Source of the DNA: Candidatus Gottesmanbacteria bacterium
GTDB taxonomy: Bacteria; Patescibacteriota; Microgenomatia; 2-02-FULL-39-11
DNA length: 64,000 nt
Assembly (NCBI GenBank): GCA_016186795.1
Contig: JACPKY010000002.1
Span: forward strand, 797,892 to 861,891
Reading direction: 5' to 3'
Each line of letters opens with the position of its first letter. The stretch's first letter is position 1. The notes below the pieces were generated by a model. The model made no database searches. It was not told the origin of the DNA and was given only the letters and a program-made list of their open reading frames with translations. This document shows positions 58,336-64,000 of the stretch, in pieces. Position numbers and translations under genes: made by a program.

Positions 58336-58713
58336 ATGGATATGATGAAAATCCTGAAACGGCTATTCCTTATTGGCGCCATTTTGGGCATTGGTGCTCT
58401 CGGAGTTGTGTATACTGGAGTATTAAAAAACCAACCGATCTTAGAGAAAAATATTACCATCAATCCCAATATTTTGGGAGAAAATATTTCTCTAGAACCC
58501 ACAATGAGCTCGCAAATAAATCAATTTGTAGGGGAAACATTCCAATCAACCAAAGAAACTGTTGGCCAAAAGGTTGAGGAGGTAGAAAAAACCATTGTGA
58601 AATCTGTCGAAAAAGAAGTTACCAATCTCACACAGTCGCAAATCACTGTGCTCCAAACCAAGATTTGTCAGGATTGGGGAATCATCACTCCAGTTCCAAC
58701 CTCAAATCCGTAA
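58336..58713 (+). CDS. Exported hypothetical protein
   Basis: Signal/TM N-terminus; 125 aa. Confidence 0.35.
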   Translation: MDMMKILKRLFLIGAILGIGALGVVYTGVLKNQPILEKNITINPNILGENISLEPTMSSQINQFVGETFQSTKETVGQKVEEVEKTIVKSVEKEVTNLTQSQITVLQTKICQDWGIITPVPTSNP

Positions 58714-58725
58714 GTATACTACTGG

Positions 58726-59553
58726 TTATTTCACCTCAAGAGTTTGTTCATCACCCCAGTAGTTTTCGCCGTTGATGATGGCATGTACACGGTAATAATA
58801 GGTACCGGCTGTTGTAAATTTTGGAGTATTTCCAACAAACCGAAGTGGAATATTGTACTTGCCGTTTGAAAACTCAGTCACTAGATCTTCATATGTCGTA
58901 TCATCAGGTTTTACATTTTTCCCTAATACTCCAGGATTTGACTTGGTTCCAAAATGAACTGATGTATGAGGAATGGTTGTTGGAGGACCATCAACAGTCC
59001 AGGTAAATGTCACAACACTCCCAACCCCTACTTCTTTTGGAGAATCGACAAGAGACACTTTGTAGCCTGGAACAGAAACATCGAGTGAATACTCATCCGT
59101 CCAGTAGTGTTTGTCTTTTATAAACGCATAGACTCGATAGTAGTATTTCCCAGTTTGAGTCAATGAAACATTTCCAACAAATGTCAGCGGAACTGCATAG
59201 TTGCCGTTGGAGAAGTCTTTCAAAATCTCGGTATACTTGGTATCAGATGGCTGGACTTCTTTTCCCAACTCACCGGGAGTTGATTCTTGGCCCAAATATA
59301 CTTCTGTTTTGTTTATCGTTGTCGGAGGTCCTTCCACCTTCCAGGTAAACGTTGCCGGAACTGTTGTTGTCACGTCCTTTGGCGCATCAACGAGCGATAC
59401 TCGATAATCTTGCGCAGGAGATAGGAGCATTTTCAGGCCAAAAAGTCCAACGACGAGAAGAATAACCGCACCAATGATCCACAACACTTTATTCTGCGAA
59501 GCATCGAGTACTTCCGTTTCTTGGGTTTCTTTTCTATCTTTATCATTTTCCAT
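58726..59553 (-). CDS. Membrane-anchored protein with two tandem homologous beta-rich domains of about 110 aa
   Basis: Internal duplication: YRVSLVDAPKDV...YYYRVYAFIKDKHYWTDE and YKVSLVDSPKEV...YYYRVHAIINGENYWGDE. Confidence 0.5.
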   Translation of the reverse strand: MENDKDRKETQETEVLDASQNKVLWIIGAVILLVVGLFGLKMLLSPAQDYRVSLVDAPKDVTTTVPATFTWKVEGPPTTINKTEVYLGQESTPGELGKEVQPSDTKYTEILKDFSNGNYAVPLTFVGNVSLTQTGKYYYRVYAFIKDKHYWTDEYSLDVSVPGYKVSLVDSPKEVGVGSVVTFTWTVDGPPTTIPHTSVHFGTKSNPGVLGKNVKPDDTTYEDLVTEFSNGKYNIPLRFVGNTPKFTTAGTYYYRVHAIINGENYWGDEQTLEVK

Positions 59554-59786
59554 AGATTCCTCCTCTTATGAATGTGTAACAACTATACTCTCTATAATAC
59601 CAAAAATTTCCAAAGTGCAATAGCCCATTTGAGAGGAGCTGTGACACGAATCACAATAATAATTTGACAAAGATTACCTCCGTTCACTATAATTCCCCTA
59701 CCATTCTTATCTTAGTGGCATTGTGATTGATAAAAAACATGGATACGTAAACCTAGTTTATTACAAAGAGGAATAAACGGAATGTT

Positions 59787-60320
59787 ATGCTTGAAAAAAC
59801 TCAATCCCAAGAAACTCCAATTATTCTTCGACAAAGCGTCATCTGCCTCTCTATTCGTCTTATTGTGCTACAACTTCTTTTTACTACTCTCTATATTCTC
59901 ATCCTTCTTCCCGTGAATATACTCAGTTTATCCCCACAAATTCGACTTCTTTCCTACCCAGTAATTAGTATTGCATTTATCCTAGTACTTGTATTCCAAC
60001 TCTATCTGACATTGAAAATAATCCTTAATTGGCTCGGCGAATACTATATCGTCGGATCCAGAGAAATAATATTTCGAACAGGTATTATCGACCACAAAGA
60101 AAAAATCTATTCTCTTTCCCACATCGAGTCTATCACCTACAATCAGAACTTCTGGGAGAGACTGTTTAACTACGGGACTATAAGACTTTTTAATCCCGTC
60201 CTGAAACAACATATCCATCTTGACTGTATAAAAAATCCTGGGAAATATGTCCGTGTGCTTGAACAGACTATGCATGATATGACAAAAAGACCTGCAGATA
60301 TACTATTCACGCGAGCATAA
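59787..60320 (+). CDS. Membrane protein with a bacterial PH (bPH_2, YdbT-like) domain
   Basis: Two TM helices, then YYIVGSREIIFRTGIIDHKEKIYSLSHIESI. Confidence 0.5.
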   Translation: MLEKTQSQETPIILRQSVICLSIRLIVLQLLFTTLYILILLPVNILSLSPQIRLLSYPVISIAFILVLVFQLYLTLKIILNWLGEYYIVGSREIIFRTGIIDHKEKIYSLSHIESITYNQNFWERLFNYGTIRLFNPVLKQHIHLDCIKNPGKYVRVLEQTMHDMTKRPADILFTRA

Positions 60321-60323
60321 TCT

Positions 60324-60674
60324 ATGACCGGACTACTCATAATTATTCTATTTGGTATCGGATTTGCGTATTTTGCCACTCAAAATACATCAGGGGTCAC
60401 AATCTATGCGGATAGCTATGTTTTTTCAGATATTCCGCTCTATGTTGTCATTTTGGGCTCCCTGCTTCTTGGTATACTCCTTGCTTCAATTATTAGTGTT
60501 GTGAACTCTCTCTCGACATACTTTATCCTTCGCAAAAAAGAAAATACGGTCAAAGAGCTTAAACGGACAGTTGCCGAGCTTATTAAGAGAGTACATCTTT
60601 TGGAGCTAGAAGGTGAAAAGAGGAAAGAGGGAAATAACCAGAAAGAACTCGATGAATCTCGTGACACTCTATGA
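60324..60674 (+). CDS. LapA-domain-like small membrane protein
   Basis: Two TM helices followed by a coiled-coil tail. Confidence 0.45.
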   Translation: MTGLLIIILFGIGFAYFATQNTSGVTIYADSYVFSDIPLYVVILGSLLLGILLASIISVVNSLSTYFILRKKENTVKELKRTVAELIKRVHLLELEGEKRKEGNNQKELDESRDTL

Positions 60675-61219
60675 CTGGTGTTCTCTACAAACTATGGCGG
60701 ATGTTGCATCTTCCAAAGGATACGCAAATCTCTTTGATGCGGCTCCTCCAGAACCAGTTTCTTATAGGGGTCACCGGACTTATCTTTAACGAGAGCGACC
60801 AAGTACTTTTATTTAAACACACATATCGCCAGACACCCTGGGGGTTACCTGGAGGGTATCTGAAAGCAAAAGAACACCCTATTTCTGGATTAGAAAGAGA
60901 AGTGGAAGAAGAATCCGGACTTATTATAAGCGTTGAGGAACGACTGAAAATCAAACTGGATAAAGACCTGTCGTACCTGGATATCTGCTACATTGGTACA
61001 TTTATTGGTGGAGAGTTTAAGCCAAGTGACGAAGTCTCCAAATACGGTTTATTCTCTTTACATACAATGCCACTCCTTCCAAAAAATCAACTACATCTTA
61101 TTATGGAAGCGTTAAAGCAGAGACAGCTACACCGAAAATCATCAATAGTCCCCTATCTTGAGGAAACGCCTTATACCCCAAAAAGCTTTTTTACGAAAGT
61201 ACGACAGTTCATCACCTAG
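60671..61219 (+). CDS. NUDIX hydrolase
   Basis: Nudix box GGYLKAKEHPISGLEREVEEESGL. Confidence 0.85.
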   Translation: MTGVLYKLWRMLHLPKDTQISLMRLLQNQFLIGVTGLIFNESDQVLLFKHTYRQTPWGLPGGYLKAKEHPISGLEREVEEESGLIISVEERLKIKLDKDLSYLDICYIGTFIGGEFKPSDEVSKYGLFSLHTMPLLPKNQLHLIMEALKQRQLHRKSSIVPYLEETPYTPKSFFTKVRQFIT

Positions 61220-61318
61220 TAGAAAAGAGGTGGTTAGGAGACTTTGTTGGACGTACGGGTAGGTATTGTATTTACAGGATGTACTTGCAATAATGAATTG
61301 AAAAGGGGGTGAAAATGC

Positions 61319-61912
61319 ATGAAAGTTTATTCTTTTGGGCAAAAAATAGCCTTATCGGCATTTGTTGCGGGAATATCTTGGTTTCTCTACGCATATTTTT
61401 TTGTCATAGCCCGAGACACTTTAGTAAGTAGTTTAATGCTGACTCTCGCCGGTCTTGCCTCCCTTGAAGTATTCGTTGGGCTATACATTAAGCTGAGAGA
61501 TATTGACCAAGGATGGGCACTGATCGCCCTGCTTCTCGGAGTAGCAGGAACACTTGGCACAGCCATCCATGGCGCCTATGATTTAGCAGTTGCATTAAAT
61601 CCGCCACTTACTATCAATGTGGATTTACCAAACCAAGTAGATCCCCGAGGATTTTTAGCTTTTGGCCTTACCGGATTTGCTCTTTTAAAGATCTCCTATC
61701 TTATGTGGGTTGGTAAAAAATTTACACAGAACTTGAGTCTGCTTGGTTTTGGTTCTGGCGTACTCCTTATTATCATCTATCTGGGTAGACTCATCGTTTT
61801 AAATCCAGCTGAACCGATATTAAAATATCCCATATTAATTGAAGGATTTCTTGTAAATCCGTTGTGGTATTTGTGGATTGGTTATCTATTTTGGACAAAA
61901 GCAAAAGAGTAA
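61319..61912 (+). CDS. Membrane protein, hypothetical
   Basis: 197 aa with 5-6 TM helices. Confidence 0.4.
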   Translation: MKVYSFGQKIALSAFVAGISWFLYAYFFVIARDTLVSSLMLTLAGLASLEVFVGLYIKLRDIDQGWALIALLLGVAGTLGTAIHGAYDLAVALNPPLTINVDLPNQVDPRGFLAFGLTGFALLKISYLMWVGKKFTQNLSLLGFGSGVLLIIIYLGRLIVLNPAEPILKYPILIEGFLVNPLWYLWIGYLFWTKAKE

Positions 61913-61946
61913 AACTCAGGTGAATACGATCGTATAACTGGTGGTT

Positions 61947-61993
61947 GCTGGTTGACTATGTGGGAACACCAGCTTTCGCTTTTGTGAAGTACT
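61947..61993. terminator. Hairpin plus T run between convergent genes
   Basis: GCTGGTT...AACACCAGC followed by TTTCGCTTTTG. Confidence 0.4.
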
Positions 61994-62009
61994 TTAACTC
62001 CCATCATTC

Positions 62010-62615
62010 TTACTCAGCCTGACAAGATTCTATCTGACAGCGTTTACCTCTGAATGGACCGGTAGATTCGCGTCCTCCATCACAACCACGCCACTCATTT
62101 TCAAGAAATTTCACGTAATATGTTCCATTCATTGTTTGATAATCAGAGCTTAAATCAGCTGAGATGTCCACTTTTCTGCCTTTACGATAATCATTGTCAA
62201 AAAGATTAAGATGTTTTCCGTCATATTCTCCGGTAAAGCGTACTTTCTCATCATAGATTATGGTAGCAGACACATCTATAGGTTTACCTTTCAGGAATTT
62301 AATTGCGTATGAGTCAATTTTAGTACTATTGTCCCCCTCCGATAGTTTAAGACAATAAGGTAGCCCATAAGTGATGACCCACGCATCACAACTCAGATCA
62401 GCCGGGTTGCAGGAAGTTGAAGATGAATCAGAGTCTGTATCTTCTTTTGACTGGCTTTGAGAGGAATTACCAAAAAGGGCAGACAACTCTCTTTCTCTAT
62501 CTTCTTCCGGTTGGAGAAACCAAAGAATCATCCCTATCACACCCAGGAAAAATACGAGAACCAGAATAAGAAGAGCTATATTCGTAACCCCTAAATTTTG
62601 CTTGGGTATTTTCAT
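62010..62615 (-). CDS. Membrane-anchored exported hypothetical protein
   Basis: N-terminal TM; Cys-containing C-terminal domain. Confidence 0.4.
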   Translation of the reverse strand: MKIPKQNLGVTNIALLILVLVFFLGVIGMILWFLQPEEDRERELSALFGNSSQSQSKEDTDSDSSSTSCNPADLSCDAWVITYGLPYCLKLSEGDNSTKIDSYAIKFLKGKPIDVSATIIYDEKVRFTGEYDGKHLNLFDNDYRKGRKVDISADLSSDYQTMNGTYYVKFLENEWRGCDGGRESTGPFRGKRCQIESCQAE

Positions 62616-62683
62616 GAAATATCGCCCTCTATAATTATATTCAATACCTTGTATGAAAATATTGCAAGTATAGTGGAAAGAAA

Positions 62684-62782
62684 TCCCGCCGTCGCTAAAG
62701 CCATGGCGGGCGAAGGCGGGAACCGGAGCGGAAAGGACGATTTTCCTTCGATTTCACTCAGGATGGTGAGCCTGTCGAACCA
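62684..62782 (-). ncRNA. GC-rich, potentially structured leader element (candidate cis-regulatory RNA)
   Basis: A roughly 100-nt GC-rich island in an AT-rich intergenic region. It has nested inverted repeats CCCGCC...GGCGGG and CGCC...GGCG, upstream of the 62010-62615 gene. Confidence 0.25.
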
Positions 62783-62789
62783 CAAGTTT

Positions 62790-62810
62790 TTCTTTGGCGG
62801 CAAATTCTTT
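62790..62810. repeat. 21-nt motif TTCTTTGGCGGCAAATTCTTT, copy A (abuts the stop codon of the 62810-63175 gene)
   Basis: Three exact copies of the 21-nt core, at 62790, 63200 and 63861. Confidence 0.6.
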
Positions 62811-63175
62811 CAAAAAATCCCGTTTTCGTTAGGCGAATCTTTCAGCGCCTCCTGCGACGCCTCCCATTCTTCTACAATTTTACTTCCTTCAAAAAGGAAA
62901 ATATGGATAACGGAAAATATTTTATCGGCTGCAAGCGTTACCTTCCCGTGTACGGTAACAAGGTCGCCGTCTTCAAGCATGCGCAAGGTCTCGTATTTTT
63001 TATCGGGAAATTGCTTTGCATTCTCTTCCATGCCAGCCAAAAGTGTCTCGCGATCTCCTTTGTAGTAGGCGTTGTGGTGGATAAAATTTGGATGCACATA
63101 TTTTTCGTACGCCTCGCGCACTTTACCGGAGGAGGCAAGTGTTAAAAACGATGTTGCGATGTCTTTTTTGCTCAT
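62810..63175 (-). CDS. NTF2/SnoaL-like small protein
   Basis: 121 aa with an alpha+beta cone pattern. Confidence 0.5.
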   Translation of the reverse strand: MSKKDIATSFLTLASSGKVREAYEKYVHPNFIHHNAYYKGDRETLLAGMEENAKQFPDKKYETLRMLEDGDLVTVHGKVTLAADKIFSVIHIFLFEGSKIVEEWEASQEALKDSPNENGIF

Positions 63176-63199
63176 AGTCTAAATTTTAAGCCGATTTTG

Positions 63200-63220
63200 T
63201 TCTTTGGCGGCAAATTCTTT
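63200..63220. repeat. 21-nt motif, copy B (19 nt after the stop of the 63240-63833 gene and 24 nt before the ATG of the 62810-63175 gene)
   Basis: The same 21-nt sequence. Confidence 0.6.
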
Positions 63221-63239
63221 GAGTTCAGAAAGCTGCGCC

Positions 63240-63833
63240 TCAAGCTCCAACAGTACCTGTCTTGACTTTTCCAGTTCGTTTGTAATTGACAATAATCACT
63301 CCGGTTGGAGTAACCGAACTTTCTATTAATACAAATGCTGCCGGAATCGTGCCATTGTCAAACAACTTTTTTCCTTTACCAAGAGTCAGCGGGTAAATTT
63401 TGAGCCAGAGTTCGTCCACTAAATCATTCTTAAGTAGCAGCTGAACGAGCTTACCGCTGCCCCAAACTTGAATGTCAGAACCTTCTGAATTTTTGAGCTT
63501 TTCGATATCTGCCAAGCTTTTGAGGAAAACTGAGTTTTTCCAATCTGACTTTCTCATGGTCTTGGACATGACGTATTTTGTGACATCATTGATACCTGGC
63601 CATGCATTTTCATGCTCTGGCCAGTAATTAGCAAAGATCTCAAATGTTTTTCTGCCCAAAAGAAGGTCTGCAGGTTTCATCTGTTTTTCCATGACCTTAC
63701 CACCAACATCGTCAAAATAAGGCGCAACCCAACCGCCATATTTGAAACCGCCCGATGTATCTTCCTCAGGTCCACCAGGTGCTTGCATTACTCCATCTAA
63801 TGTAATAAATGATAAAACAATTATTTTTCTCAC
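63240..63833 (-). CDS. Dihydrofolate reductase-like (RibD C-terminal domain/YwjB family) protein
   Basis: IVLSFITLDGVMQAPGGPEED...FKYGGW pattern. Confidence 0.75.
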   Translation of the reverse strand: MRKIIVLSFITLDGVMQAPGGPEEDTSGGFKYGGWVAPYFDDVGGKVMEKQMKPADLLLGRKTFEIFANYWPEHENAWPGINDVTKYVMSKTMRKSDWKNSVFLKSLADIEKLKNSEGSDIQVWGSGKLVQLLLKNDLVDELWLKIYPLTLGKGKKLFDNGTIPAAFVLIESSVTPTGVIIVNYKRTGKVKTGTVGA

Positions 63834-63860
63834 ATATTGATTTAATTATTTTACCAGTTT

Positions 63861-63881
63861 TTCTTTGGCGGCAAATTCTTT
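63861..63881. repeat. 21-nt motif, copy C (16 nt after the stop of the partial gene at the window end)
   Basis: The same 21-nt sequence. Confidence 0.6.
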
Positions 63882-63897
63882 TGACAAAGAAGGGTTT

Positions 63898-64000
63898 TCA
63901 AATCTCAAAATGTTTACCAACAGCTAGCGGCACTAACTCATTCATAAATTCATCAGCCAAAGCATTTACTGCTCTCCAACCTGTACAGTGGCCAGGAGCA
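63898..64000 (-). CDS. Partial CDS (C-terminal end only; the gene continues beyond the window end)
   Basis: The open frame on the minus strand ends at TGA (63900-63898): ...APGHCTGWRAVNALADEFMNELVPLAVGKHFEI*. Confidence 0.3.
   Translation of the reverse strand, partial: APGHCTGWRAVNALADEFMNELVPLAVGKHFEI

Noticed and set aside
62790-63881. Reading the 21-nt repeat as a conserved peptide (KEFAAKE) added by frameshifting to each upstream gene
   Set aside because: The frame offset relative to the upstream gene differs among the three copies (+2, +1, +1). Each would terminate after 5-13 further codons of unrelated sequence.
62810-63881. An integron cassette array, with the DHFR-like gene and the 21-nt sites as attC sites
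   Set aside because: The repeats are too short and not organised as attC-like imperfect palindromes with GTTRRRY cores. No intI is in the window. The DHFR-like gene is of the RibD_C/YwjB type, not dfr.
1-64000. A CRISPR array or rRNA genes
   Set aside because: No regularly spaced direct repeats of 25-40 nt were seen, and no rRNA-like conserved stretches.

Overview
This is AT-rich bacterial DNA, roughly mid-30s % GC by eye, with dense, mostly short genes. It is bacterial: it carries sigma-70 RpoD, a DnaG primase with a zinc finger and TOPRIM domain, LexA, UppP and a DEAD-box helicase. The lineage cannot be assigned from sequence alone.

Gene content is dominated by five themes:
- An extracytoplasmic thiol/redox stress set: a DipZ-like CcdA-thioredoxin fusion running off the window start, a membrane thioredoxin, two DsbA-like proteins each next to a Cys-rich exported protein, an ECF sigma with a ZAS anti-sigma, MsrA and MsrB, an OsmC-like protein, and several VOC/glyoxalase proteins.
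- Five paralogous multi-TM GT-C-like membrane glycosyltransferase candidates.
- A split Zn/Mn-type ABC uptake system.
- RNA chaperone genes: csp, an RRM protein and a DEAD-box helicase.
- A core block of rpoD and dnaG.

Seven things stand out:
- The RRM and DEAD-box genes share a promoter and leader with an AACAGATTTA-N6-TAAATCTGTT hairpin. A shorter version of the same hairpin sits between the SD and the AUG of csp.
- A tRNA-Asn(GUU) gene is interrupted by a 194-nt group I intron.
- Next to that tRNA is a 2-kb nuclease island (GIY-YIG, HNH, GIY-YIG) bounded by 18-bp direct repeats of the tRNA 3' end. An HTH protein with a LAGLIDADG-like motif sits beside the tRNA.
- An archaeal-type pantoate kinase / phosphopantothenate synthetase gene pair is present.
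- A DUF1801 gene is conspicuously GC-rich.
- Two short intergenic repeat families occur: a 21-nt motif after three consecutive stop codons, and a 32-nt motif present twice.
- A LexA promoter has an embedded 16-bp palindrome and a leaderless small ORF translationally coupled to lexA.

No rRNA and no CRISPR array were seen. All coordinates are 1-based on the + strand. Calls rest on reading the ORF translations and motifs by eye. No database searches were run.
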